A stretch of DNA of 64,000 nt from Thalia democratica (taxonomy: Eukaryota), in assembly GCA_965202585.1 (NCBI GenBank), contig OZ241826.1:20708001-20772000 (forward strand). The letters run 5' to 3'. Both the position numbers and the translations under genes were made by a program. The notes beneath the pieces were generated by a model that made no database searches, was not told where the DNA came from, and worked only from the letters and a program-made list of their open reading frames with translations. Below, piece by piece: positions 39,711 through 52,898 of this stretch. Numbering within the stretch: position 1 is the stretch's first letter; each line of letters opens with the position of its first letter.

Positions 39711-41681
39711 AGATTTATTTAGCCGATCTGTATTAGTATATTACTTTTTTTTTAATATAAGAATTTGTTTTAAAAACAAATTAGTCTCAAAAAAAATTTT
39801 TTTTTTTTGAAGTTTAGTTTATTTTGTTTAAAATCAAACTTAATGTTCAAATAGCTTTTGTTAAAATTTAGTTGTTAATTCTAATCGGTTCATTTATTGT
39901 TTTGACAATAAGGTTTTTAATTGGATTATTTATTAAGTGTAGTTAATTAGTTTTAAAAAGCATTAGGAAAAGTATAAGTCTTTTGTATTGTAAAGAATAA
40001 ATATTAAGTTTTGATAGTCGTCAATATAAGAAATATAATGAGTATCGGAGCGGTTTAAGTCTATTCTGTACTTCCTTTTGAAATGATTCTATATGGTTGA
40101 TGTATACTTTTAACTGTAGAAGCCATATTTAGGGAGAATTTATATGAAATACAATTTTTTAAAAATATTAATATCAGCGTTTATGAACTTTAAATAATAC
40201 AGTTAATAAAATTTAGTAACTGTAATTATAATGGTGGTTTCATTTAGAATTAGTATCATTAAATTCTAAGTTCTTTAAACGAAAGTGTATACTGTTTAAT
40301 ACAAATCCAAAAGTAGAGATAGAAGTTTTTTTAAACAATCAGAACTTGTCATTTACTCGAGCTTTAATTTAATTTTAATTCTTAAATCAATTGATAAATT
40401 GCATATAAAGATTAACTGTAATTAAGTATAATTAATTATGGTTAACTTTACAATGAAAGTTTAGTGTCGAAAACTTATTATTACGCATTTTTTCTTTTTC
40501 TTTTGAAATAAAATGTATGTAGGGCAAAATAAATTTACATTTTTTGTAAAATTTTAAAAGTTTTCAAAATTTAGAATTGCAAAAACACGATTATTCTCAC
40601 GATTAATAGTAGATATTTCTAAAATCATTTTCTTGATATCTTTTGAAAGTTATTGTTTTACAGGTTTTCAAAAACACAAAAATGTTTTGTGTAATAATCT
40701 TCTGGAAAAAAATTTGATTTAAAAGAAACAGAGAACTTATAGAGTTTTATAAAATTCTGCTACTAATTGTACTTAATTTAACTATAATTAATTTATTATT
40801 CTATATCAAAATGTTTTCTTTTTAATACTTATTTTGTATTTACTTACGTTACTTCAACTGCTCATAATAAAGGAACTTATTAATGATGTGAAATCTAGAC
40901 GGTCAATCGACATAACAACTTTTGCGGTTTAGTTTTATGACATAACTGTTTTAATAGCTAGTTTCTATTAAAAGCAATGCTTTTCCACTTATTATAACAA
41001 ATTTTATAACTTCTTCTAATGTTTGTTTGAATTCCATTATCTTAATAGAACTATTAAAGTTGCATAACAATTTGCATAAGTTGTTAAGATGAAACTTAAA
41101 ACTACCCAACTATAAAAGGTTAATACATTAGTATGCAATAATATAACATTTCCGTCAGACTTTTAATGTAGTTTTTAAACCGTAATATAAATTTTTTGTA
41201 TCTGAATATTACAATTGTAAGAGTTTACTTTTTAAAATTTGCTTATGTTAAAACTATTGTAGTCACGTTAATTACAATAAGATGAAACTAAAATGTAATT
41301 ATCACTGCTTATTTTAAAATCCTAAAAAGAAGAGTTCAAAATACTTTAAAGTAAACAATTTATTTAGTAAATTGTATATGATTAACGAAAAACGTCTCTT
41401 AAAGTGTATTGAAAAAACAACAAAAAAAAAATATAGAAAATACTAAAATTATGTGTAGGATAAAAAATCATTAACTTAGGTAATAAAAATATATTAAGAT
41501 TATGTTAAGTTAATTTTAAAACTGAAATTTATACTAAAAATATTTTTACGTGACACATTAAAATCATTTTGTTTTAAAGTAACTAAAAGTTAATATTTTT
41601 TTGTTTTAATAACTTCATTATAACTAGTTTGTTTTTGCATGGAATCTAGATTAAAAAATAAAAACGTAACATAAGTAAAAT

Positions 41682-42084
41682 GGGTTAGAAACGATCGGGC
41701 TAGAAATGATCGGGTTAGAAGTGATCGGGTTAGAAATTATCGGGTTAGAAATAATCGGGTTTAATTGGGTTAGAAGTGATTGGGTTAGAAATGATCTTGT
41801 TAGAAATGATCGGGTTAGAAATGATCTTGTTGGAATGATTTGGTTAGAAGTGATCGGGTTAGAAGTGATCGGGTTAGAAATAATCGGGTTAGAAGTGATC
41901 GGGTTAGAAGTGATCGGGTTAGAAATGATCGGGTTAGAAGTGATCGGTATACAACTGATCGGGTTTGAAGTGATCGGGTTTGAAAAGATCGGGTTAGAAG
42001 TGATCGGGTTAGAAGTGATCGGGTTAGAAGTGATCGGGTTAGAAATGATCGGGTTAGAAATGATAGCGGGTTAGAAATGATCGG
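41682..42084 (+). repeat. 15-bp minisatellite (gatcgggttagaaat/gt)n, ~27 units
   Basis: Direct reading; inverted relative to 39278-39710. Confidence 0.95.
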
Positions 42085-43015
42085 CTCCCGTTGTCAATAT
42101 ATCCAGCTACTTTATCACTAAACCTTAACTACTTGATTCAAAACCATTTTATTCACTTACAACCTACTGTTTAACCTTTAAAACTGATGCCAATCTTGAA
42201 CTAAATTAAAATAAAAAGTATACTAAACTATTATTTTTAAGTTTCTTTTTTTAATATTTAGAAATACTTTTCAACAATTGGTTAAAAATATGTCATATTT
42301 ACATATAATAAAATATGCATTGGACAAAATTAGTTTATTTTTCTTAAAAACTGTGAAAATATAAGATACCTCGTTTATCTTTGTACAATTAAGAACAAGT
42401 CAGAGGCTGCTTATTTTAAAAGAGTATTTAGTTATATAAAAAATTGAGCTTATTTTGTGTCGTTCTATATATTTTGTTTATTGAAGGATAAAAAAGCACT
42501 AAAATAAGTTTAGTCTAAGGACCTGGCGTATGATTAACATTATATATGTAAATATTGCCTATTTTAGTATTTAAAGTTTTTACTATTTTTTGGAGTGTTT
42601 CTTTTCGTCATTATAACAAAAATATTCATATTAATATTTTGCATTTGTTCTTGATGTACTTAACATATTTTTTTTTAGTTTTAGTTAACATTTATTTTAA
42701 AAGAATGGCCAAGTATATTAAATGTGCACAACGTTGCCAAAATGTACAGGAGTTTTTTAAACTTTCTATTTTATTTTTGACAAAGCTATGTTAATTAGTC
42801 AAAAAGAGTATAACAAAAAAAAACGTTTTAATTCTTACACAAGTTTCATAACAAAATGTCACTTCAGAATTTTTTTCTTTACAACAAAAATGTTTTGTCA
42901 AAATTAAATACAATAAAATTTAAAAAAACTCTGTATTTTTTGTGTAAATAATTTCGAAAACTAAATTGTCAAAACTGCTATTAAATTTATTCGTAAATTT
43001 TTAAACTTTTGTTAT

Positions 43016-43980
43016 TTACCTTGGAATGTTTTCCGAAAGCGGAAAAAGTGAGATGCAAAAAACTATTTTTTTCAATACATTTTCGGAGACCCATTTGTTC
43101 TCATCGACGTTGTACACATACAATTTTAGTTCATTATAGCAGTCTATATCGCAAAATAAAAACAAATTGTTACCGATACTAAATGTTTTAAAATTAGAAT
43201 TTGTAAGTTTCCTATCCAGGTAAGTTATATTAAGCATTGCAAATTTTCTAGAAACTTTGTCATAAACATCAGAGGTTGCTATATTCCGTCCATCTATTAC
43301 AAACATTTTATTATACATACTAACTGAAGAATGATGTTTTCTAGCTTGATTGATATTAGATAGAAATGACCATTCATTTTCGTGATGATCATATGATTGT
43401 ACTGATTTCATTTTTCGGTTTATATTTTTACCTCCAATAACAACAATTTTTCCTTCAAAAGCTGTACAAGCTAAACAAGCTCTTCCTATATTTAGTTTTG
43501 CTATCCTTTTCCAGCTATTAAGTTTTTTTTTTAAATTTATAACGATCTTGTTTATGTTTGTACTCTTCAATACAACCGCCAAACACATAAACACTTTTCA
43601 TTAACGAGCAGACACTAAAACAATTCAACTGCTTAGAAATGGGTTTCAATTCTTTCTAATGTTTTGCCTTTGCACAATAAATTTCAACAGAAAATATCCA
43701 GTTACGCTTTTTGCTATATCCACCCTAGTACATAAATATTTGAACCAATTGCCGCTGATTTGCATGAGAACCTTGGTGTTAACATTGGACTCATTTTGAC
43801 AGAAGTCTCGAAGTCAGGACCTTTTATTTTAGTAACTTTGTTTATAGCAGCACCATAAATATTTTTACCTCCACAAATAACAACATCAAATTCATCTTGA
43901 TTGCAATAACGATTTTTATACAAAGTTAAAGGTATACCACGATAAAGTAAGGTCGTTTTCGTACAACTAATGAATAACAT
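43016..43980 (-). pseudogene. Kelch-repeat gene copy, frameshifted
   Basis: ORFs 43714-43995 (YKNRYCNQDEFDVVICGG, KGPDFETSVKMSPML) and 43016-43594 (ACTAFEGKIVVIGG, KSVQSYDHHENEW). Confidence 0.87.
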
Positions 43981-44244
43981 TTTAAACCTTAGCAAAAAGA
44001 TATTGATATACCATTTAGGAAAGATACAAAGTAAGGTTTGATTAAGTACAATATAAAGTTTTTTTTATTTCTACAAAAATTAAACAAAAGTTTATTTTTA
44101 ACTTCCATTGTTATAATATTTAAATTTTAAAACAATCTTTCTCTCAAATTAAGAAATCATTAATTAGTAATAAAACTTAGAAAACAATATGGTTAACACC
44201 TTTGAAGTCACTAAAATTTAGCTTAAATTAAAAACTGTCATTGA

Positions 44245-44320
44245 GGTTTTAATAACATTTAGTTCATCCTTATCGCAAAAACGATTCTCATACCAAGTTG
44301 AAGTTTAACATTAAAAATTG
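44245..44320 (-). pseudogene. Short Kelch 5' relic
   Basis: Minus strand tggtatgagaatcgtttttgcgataaggatgaa = WYENRFCDKDE (cf. LYENRYCNQDE). Confidence 0.6.
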
Positions 44321-46764
44321 TTAATATTACTAAGTCAAGTTAAAAACTTACTTGAAATAATATTTTTCTATTTAACTTTAAATGGACTAAGCTATTTTTG
44401 TAAAAGTATCAAATAACTACTGTGCAAATTTTGTAGTTGATTTTATTTTAATTATTAGAATAGCTAGTTTCAAGTTAATTAAAGTATATATTTACACATA
44501 GCTAAATTTAAACTTAATTGTAACACCATTTAAACTGAATGCATTTATTAAGTACAGTATCTACTGTTACTGTTTTGAGAAAGTAAAAGTATATTCTATA
44601 TTATTACTTATCATCCAGAATATTTTGTTATTGAAAATGAGAAAAAATAAATATATCTTTTGATATTAAACATTATAAATATTATTTGTTTACTTTATCG
44701 AATAATTGAGTAAGATAGAAGATAAATATATTACATATTCGTGTCGATAAGCTTTAAAAGTTTGTTAAACAAAAAACAATAAAATAGTCTCTAAATTTTT
44801 CAAGTACACTAATTAATATTAGTTACTAACACTAACTTAATAATTATGAAAACCTAATTGTTTCAAATTATTATTATTATTTTTTGATTTAGTATTTTTA
44901 CAGTCTTTTTATAATTTTGAAATTAGCATACAGCTTTTCAAAAATATTTTCAATTTTAACATATCAATTAGTAATAATATATCAAATTACTATATTAATA
45001 TGAACTAATTACATTAATTATTATCATGTCAAGATGCTTACCGCGATGTAATTTTTAAAGAAAACACTTGCAGCCCTCGGACTAAAACACACTTAACTAG
45101 ATCAAAAAAAAATAAATTGTGATTACGACTAATAGTTAGGTTCAAAATTTAACAATTAATACTCACTATTGTTTTATTACTGCTTATCGTATTATTCTTA
45201 CAGTTTAGAATAATATTGTCAGAGCGTTTTATACATTTTTTAAAATAATTGTAACCTGTTAGTGATTTCTTAAACGAAATTGTCAGTATATACAATTGCT
45301 GATATTTGATTCAGTAGAAAAAGACATGGCTATTTATTTTAAACACATATTTCAAATTTAGGACATTTATCAGCTCAAATACTTTATTTATAGCTATAAT
45401 AATTATAAAATAAGATTTTTTTATAAAAATTTTGTAACTTACATAAAATTATCAAGTGAGGTGACGTACGTCACATTATAATAGAAAACTAAAATTAAAA
45501 TGTATTTTTAATTTCTAAGTTAGTTGTACTAAAAATTAAATAAGTAGAATTAGAAATTGTACAGAAATAATGTTTTTTTTTATTTGTTTCCGGATGATCA
45601 AAGGCAAGAGTAATTCTTTTTTAAGTTAGCGCGTTTAAAGTTTTGTGCAATTTGTAACTTTTTTTAGTTAACCACAGAAAGTTCTGTCAGTTTGCGCCAT
45701 TAAATGGTTTTGCACAGGTATAGTTTACCCTAAATGAAATAAAGAGTGATTAATTTTCGTATTCAATATTAAACATCATACATTGTTTGTATTGTATAAA
45801 CCAAAGGTTATTCTGTTTTGTTTTTCATAGTTAATATTTTTATATAAACAATTTCAATGCACCTGTATGACTAAATTTTTAATAAATACCAAACCTCAAA
45901 TTGTATTTGCAGTGTAAGTTTTTTCTTTTTTTGTATTTAGCTTTTATTCACAAGATACTATTTTTCTTTTACCTTTAATAAAACCTTTAATTTTAATATA
46001 ATAGATTGAAGGTTATACGAATTAAATTAATTAATAAAAGTTTGTAACTCAAAAATCAGTAAGCTTTATGCTTCTACGAACATGCCGAAGGTAAATATGG
46101 CTTGCAAAAGAAAAGCTTGCAATAAAAACAACAATTAAGGAAGAGACATAAAGTAAAAAAAAAATATTCATCTGTAATGAATAAAATTATAGAAATTAAT
46201 GTTAAAACGAGCGAAAGCTTCTTTTCATTTATATATGATAGAGTAGCTATTGACTTTTATTTATTAAAACAACTCTTACATTGTAAAACCAGAATGTTAC
46301 AGATTTTTGTTAGAAAAGAACAAAATACTACGTTTAAATAATATTTTATAAAAAAAAAAGAAATTAAATAATGTTATTAAGATTGTATAATAAACTTTTA
46401 ATGACAATTTTCATCGAAAATGTACTTTTGTAAGGATAATTTGGATACTAGATTTTCCATTAGGTTGTTTTCAGCTATTATTAAAAACTAATTGAAGAAA
46501 ATTTATTTTAATCAAAGTACTTGTTATTTAAATATAGTAAAATAACTTTAAGACATTTTCAGAACTTTTTTTTTTAATTGTTGTTAATTTTGTTGCTAAC
46601 TTAATTATGAACTATTAGCTATTAAGACTAAAAGCTTTTATGATATTTTAGCATTTAATTTGGATTTTTCTGTTTTATCTTTTTAATAAAATACTTGAAA
46701 AGTACTATGACTATCATGCACTATACAGGACTTTATATCTAACTTTTTAGTTTTCAAAGCCAAA

Positions 46765-47736
46765 ATGTTTTTTACACCTTTTAGACGAAGACCTCAAGTT
46801 TTGTATCAGAATCGTTGTTGTAATCAGAATAAATTTGATATTATTATTTGTGGTGGTAGAAAAAGAAATTGTGTATCTACAATTGAAGTTATAAAGTTAA
46901 AAGGTCCTGATTTTCAAACTACTGTCAAAATGAGCCCAATGTTAAGAAAAAAAAAATTAAGCATAACAGCTGTAATTGGTTCTGATATTTATGTTCTTGG
47001 TGGATATGATGAAAATGGTATAAGGAATCCTTCTTTTGAAACGTATTCAGCAAGAAATAGAAATTGGATAGAATTGCCACAAGCGCCTAGTATAATAAAA
47101 TATAATAGCGTCTGTTCTTTTATGAAAAGTATCTATCTAATTGGCGGTTATTTTAAAAATTATCATTTTGGTGATGATGTCTATAACGATGAATGTTATG
47201 CTAATAAACTTTATAAGTTTGAGTTAAAAGAAAACAAATGGTATCAAGTAGCAAGCTTACAAACAAAGAGAAATAATTCAGCTTGTACAGTTTTTGAAGG
47301 TAAAATTATTGTTACCGGAGGTGATATAACCTTTGTTGATAGACATTACTTAACTTATCGTACAACATTTAAATAAGTAGAATCTTATGATCACCATGAC
47401 AACAAATGGACCTTTTTATGTGATATGAATAAACCCAAATTTTGTCATTCGTCATTTAGTATGGGTAATAAAATGTTTGTAATTGATGGTAGTCATCCAA
47501 AAAACTGCGAGGTATATGACAATGTTTCTAAAAAATTTACAATGTTTTATTTTAATCCCTCAATTGCAAGACTTCCAAAGATTCAAGCGTTCGGTGTAAA
47601 TGTTATAATTTATATTTTTGACTTTGAGCTAAACATGTATGCTTATAACATGAGCGAAAACAAGTTGATATTTAAAAGTTCTGTGTTTGAGGGTAGCTTG
47701 GAACGTGCAGCTTTAGAAAGGTATCCAAAATTCTGA
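46765..47736 (+). pseudogene. Full-length Kelch-repeat gene (~323 codons) with one in-frame TAA (47374-47376)
   Basis: ORF 46765-47376 continues in frame (FK*VESYDHHDNKW, cf. LKSVES) to ERYPKF* at 47736. Confidence 0.9.
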
Positions 47737-49381
47737 AGTAGCTTGGTTGTACGAAAACTTCAGTTGTGTGCATAGAAATTTAGTATTTGTACAAATCTAT
47801 TTGATGTTTTTTTCGTAATACCTATGTACTTTCCTTTTGAAATGTGATTTGACTATATTTACTTGTTGTTTGTTTTAGTATTAATACTTGTTTTCATAAA
47901 ATTTGCTGTATTTTTTTTTAAATAAATTACAAGATGCACAAAAAACTTTAAAGAGGTTTTGATTTAAAAATATAATGCAACAGTAAAAAACTATAAAACA
48001 TAAGACAGTTTTTTATAAACTATCAAATTAAACCACTTTTTGGTGATGAAAGTACTTTATGAATAGATTATAAATAATATAAATTTAAAAAAAAAGCGGT
48101 TGCTATCTTTTGGTTTTATCGTTTAGTTTATTTGTAATGCGTTCCTTGTTTGATCTTTTAAAATAATTAGACATATTATCACACAGATAAAAATATAGTT
48201 CGGTAATAAACACAAGATTTACCGCAATGAAATACAACGAACGATTAGTGACGAACTAATTACATCCACTTTGTTACAGTGACGAGCTAAATAAATGTAT
48301 TACGTCAACTAATAAATATCAATTAAGTAAGTTTACGAAAGCATCATAAAACATTTTTTTTTAACACAACTCTCAAAACATAAAAATGTTATATTATTTT
48401 AACATAAAAAAATTTTAACACATAAAAATTAAGTTTTTCTAAAACAAAAATAGTCTACCTTGCATATTAATTTAATTAAAAAAAATCTTTAGTTGTTTTA
48501 AGTTTCAAATTTAAACAAATACTAACGAGATAGATGATTTATTTATTATTTATAGATTCAGCTTTAAGTGTTTTAAAAACATGTTTAGTAATTTAGTTAC
48601 TTGTGTATTTCTATATTTGTGTCGTAGTTATAATTGTTTATTAAGCATAAAAAATAAAACTTGTTTTCTTAACATATGTTGAGATAGAAAGTTGTAAAAA
48701 GTTTTAAGCATTGTAATTTTTATTTTATTACTGTATTTTAAAAAATTGGTTCCACTTTAGCTAATATTTTTTTGTTGTCATTTACTATATTCAAAGATAA
48801 AACAAACTGTTTTTATAGACTTAACAAAAGAAATTTCAAAAAATTTAAAGTTATTTGTAATTTATATACGAATGTTTTTTTTGAGGACTCAGCAGAAAAT
48901 TTTAAGAATTTTTTTTTTGTGGCACGTTAATATAAAAACTGTTATCATGAGTACCATGTAGAAGTAATTTTACAAAAATAACTACAACTTGATCGAAATG
49001 AAGTTTAACTAGTCTAAATTAAATGCTTATCTAAAAATTCAAAACAAACATATTATAAGTATAATCATAAGAAATTGAAAAACAAGTTTATCTTTTTATT
49101 TAAATTAATAAGAAGTAATTAATAAACATATTATTAAGAGAGTTCTGTATTTCATGTATTAAAATATATGCTTATATTCTTAAATAAAATAAATTTAAGC
49201 AAAAAAAATCGTCAATTTTATAAAACTGATTAAAAAAGTAAACATGACAGTTTAAAAAAAAAATCGTTCTAAAAACTTTTTATTACTTTCTAAAGAGCTT
49301 TTTCTCATGTATTTCTTATTTTAATGTGTTTTATATTCATTTATGTTTTAATTATATAACATATAATATATATATTACATT

Positions 49382-51965
49382 TAACCCAATCACTTCTAAC
49401 CCAATTAAACCCGATCATTTCTAACCCGATCATATCTAACCCGATCATATCTTACCCGATCATTTCTAATCCGATCGTTTCTAACCCGATCATATCTAAC
49501 CCGATCATATCTAACCCGATCATATCTTACCCGATCATTTCTAATCCGATCGTTTCTAACCCGATCATATCTAACCCGATCATATCTAACCCGAGATTTA
49601 TTTAGCCGATCTGTATTAGTATATTACTTTTTTTTATATAAGGATTTGTTTTAAAAACAAATTAGTCTCAAATTTTTTTTTTTTTGAAGTTTAGTTTATT
49701 TTGTTTAAAATCAAACTTAATGTTCAAAAAGCTTTTGTTAAAATATAGTTGTTAATTCTAACTGGTTCATTTATTGTTTTGACAATAAGGTTTTTAATTG
49801 GATTATTTATTAAGTGTAGTTAATTAGTTTTAAAAAGCATTAGGAAAAGTATAAGTCTTTTGTATTGTAAAGAATAAATATTAAGTTTTGATAGTCGTCA
49901 ATATAAGAAATATAATGAGTATCGGAGCGGTTTAAGTCTATTCTGTACTTCCTTTTGAAATGATTCTATATGGTTAATGTATACTTTTAACTGTAGAAGC
50001 CATATTTAGGGAGAATTAATATGAAATACAATTTTTTAAAAATATTAATATCAGCGTTTATGAACTTTAAATAATACAGTTAATAAAATTTAGTAACTGT
50101 AATTATAATGGTGGTTTCATTTAGAATTAGTATCATTAAATTCTAAGTTCTTTAAACGAAAGTGTATACTGTTTAATACAAAGCCAAAAGTAGAGATAGA
50201 AGTTTTTTTAAACAATCAGAACTTGTCATTTACTCGAGCTTTAATTTAATTTTAATTCTTAAATCAATTGATAAATTGTATATAAAGATTAACTGTAATT
50301 AAGTATAATTAATTATGGTTAACTTTACAATGAAAGTTTAGTGTCGAAAACTTATTATTACGCATTTTTTCTTTTTCTTTTGAAATAAAATGTATGTAGG
50401 GCAAAATAAATTTACATTTTTCGTAAAATTTTAAAAGTTTTCAAAATTTAGAATTGCAAAAACACGATTATTCTCACGATTAATAGTAGATATTTCTAAA
50501 ATCATTTTCTTGATATCTTTTGAAAGTTATTGTTTTACAGGTTTTCAAAAACACAAAAATGTTTTGTGTAATAATCTTCTGGAAAAAAATTTGATTTAAA
50601 AGAAACAAAGAACTTATAGAGTTTTATAAAATTCTGCTACTAATTGTACTTAATTTAACTATAATTAATTTATTATTCTATATCAAAATGTTTTCTTTTT
50701 AATACTTATTTTGTATTTACTTACGTTACTTCAACTGCTCATAATAAAGGAACTTATTAATGATGTGAAATCTAGACGGTCAATCGACATAACAACTTTT
50801 GCGGTTTAGTTTTATGACATAACTATTTTAATAGCTAGTTTCTATTAAAAGCAATGCTTTTCCACTTATTATAACAAATTTTTTAACTTCTTCTAATGTT
50901 TGTTTGAATTCCATTATCTTAATAGAACTATTGAAGTTGCATAACAATTTGCATAAGTTATTAAGATGAAACTTAAAACTACCAAACTATAAAAGGTTAA
51001 TACATTAGTATGCAATAATATAACATTTACGTCAGACTTTTAATGTAGTTTCTAAACCGTAATATAAATTTTTTGTATCTGAATATTACAATTGTGAGAG
51101 TTTACATTTTAAAATTTGCTTATGTTAAAACTATTGTAGTCACGTTACTTACAATAAGATGAAACTAAAATGTAATTATCACTGCTTATTTTGAAATCCT
51201 ATAAGGAGAGTTCAAAATACTTTAAAGTAAACAATTTATTTAGTAAATTGTATATGATTAACGAAAAACGTCTCTTAAAGTGTATTGAAAAAACAACAAA
51301 AAAAAACTATAGAAAATACTAAAATTATGTGTAGGATAAAAAATCAAAAACTGAGGTAATAAAAATATATTAAGATTATGTTAAATTAATTTTAAAACTG
51401 AAATTTATACTATAAATATTTTTACGTAACACATTAAAATCATTTTGTTTTAAAGTAACTAAAAGTTAATATTTTTTTGTTTTAATAACTTCATTATAAC
51501 TAGTTTGTTATTGCATGGAATCTAGATTAAAAAATAAAAACGTAACATAAGTAAAATGGGTTAGAAACGATCGGGCTAGAAATGATCGGGTTAGAAGTGA
51601 TCGGGTTAGAAATAATCGGGTTTTATTGGGTTAGAAGTGATTGGGTTAGAAATGATTTTGTTAGAAATGATCGGGTTAGAAGTGATCGGGTTAGAAATGA
51701 TCTTGTTGGAATGATCGGGTTAGAAGTGATCGGGTTAGAAATGATCGGGTTAGAAATAATCGGGTTAGAAGTGATCGGGTTATAAGTGATCGGGTTAGAA
51801 ATGATCGGGTTAGAAGTGATCGGGATACAAGAGATCGGGTTTGAAGTGATCGGGTTTGAAAAGATCGGGTTAGAAGTGATCGGGTTAGAAGTGATCGGGT
51901 TAGAAGTGATCGGGTTAGAAGTGATCGGGTTAGAAATGATAGCGGGTTAGAAATGATCGGCTCCC
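49382..51965 (-). mobile_element. Left-truncated duplicate of the foldback-like element (arrays 49382-49593 and 51558-51960)
   Basis: Same loop and right arm as 39271-42089, with a different number of repeat units. Confidence 0.7.
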
Positions 51966-52898
51966 GTTGTCAATATATCCAGCTACTTTATCACTAAACC
52001 TTAACTACTTGATTAAAAACCATTTTATTCACTTACAACCTACTTTTTAACCTTTAAAACTGATGCCAATCTTGAACTAAATTTAAATAAAAGTATATAG
52101 TATACTAAACTATTATTTTTAAGTTTCTTTTTTTAATATTTAGTAATACTTTTCAACAATTGGTTAAAAATATGTCATATTTATATATAATAAAATATGC
52201 ATTGGACAAAATTAGTTTATTTTTCTTAAAAACTGTGAAAATATAAGATACCTCGTTTATCTTTGTACAATTAAGAACAAGTCAGAGGCTGCTTATTTTA
52301 AAAGAGTATTTAGTTATATAAAAAATTGAGCTTATTTTGTGTCGTTCTATATATTTTGTTTATTGAAGGATAAAAAAGCACTAAAATAAGTTTAGTCTAA
52401 GGACCTGGCGTATGATTAACATTATATATGTAAATATTGCCTATTTTAGTATTTAAAGTTTTTACTATTTTTTGGAGTGTTTCTTTTCGTCATTATAACA
52501 AAAATATTCATATTAATATTTTGCATTTGTTCTTGATGTACTTAACATATTTTTTTTTAGTTTTAGTTAACATTTATTTTAAAAGAATGGCCAAGTATAT
52601 TAAATGTGCACAACGTTGCCAAAATGTACAGGAGTTTTTTAAACTTTCTATTTTATTTTTGACAAAGCTATGTCAATTAGTCAAAAAGAGTATAACAAAA
52701 AAAAACGTTTTAATTCTTACACCAGTTTCATAACAAAATGTCACTTCAGAATTTTTATTCTTTGCAACAAAAATGTTTTGTCAAAATTAAATACAATAAA
52801 AATAAAAAAAACTCTGTATTTTTTGTGTAAATAATTTCGAAAACTAAATTGTCAAAACTGCTATTAAATTTATTCGTAAATTTTTAAACTTTTGTTAT

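Larger units (their letters stand above)
39271..42089 (-). mobile_element. 2.8-kb foldback-like non-autonomous element with inverted minisatellite arms
   Basis: Left arm (39278-39710) and right arm (41682-42084) are inverted arrays of one 15-mer sharing diagnostic variant units. AT-rich non-coding loop of ~1.95 kb. Minus-strand ends GGGAGCCG... and ...GATAGTAAACCGT. Confidence 0.6.
39574..49381 (+). repeat. ~9.8-kb tandem duplication, copy A
   Basis: Colinear with 49382-59222 at an offset of ~9.81-9.88 kb (e.g. ORFs 46765/56631 and 43995/53859). Confidence 0.92.

Noticed and set aside
39278-42084. Interstitial telomere (GGGTTAG within the 15-mer)
   Set aside because: The heptamer is embedded in a fixed 15-bp unit; there is no tandem (TTAGGG)n run.
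27083-47736. Diversity-generating retroelement (RT beside variable Kelch loops)
   Set aside because: The RT is a standard Ty3/gypsy YLDD enzyme within gag-pol and LTRs; no template/variable repeat pair with adenine-specific differences is seen.
39254-51785. ORFs 39254-39640, 41706-42074 and 51582-51785 (IGLEV/RSDRV repeats) as proteins
   Set aside because: They are translations of a 15-bp (multiple of 3) minisatellite, are open on either strand, and use non-ATG or repeat-internal starts.
42555-52733. ORFs 42555-42794 and 52437-52733, and other short ORFs (21360, 35896, 38760, 58638, 61338 and antisense ORFs over Kelch/pol)
   Set aside because: Low-complexity AT-rich or antisense shadow frames, mostly TTG-initiated, with no motif.
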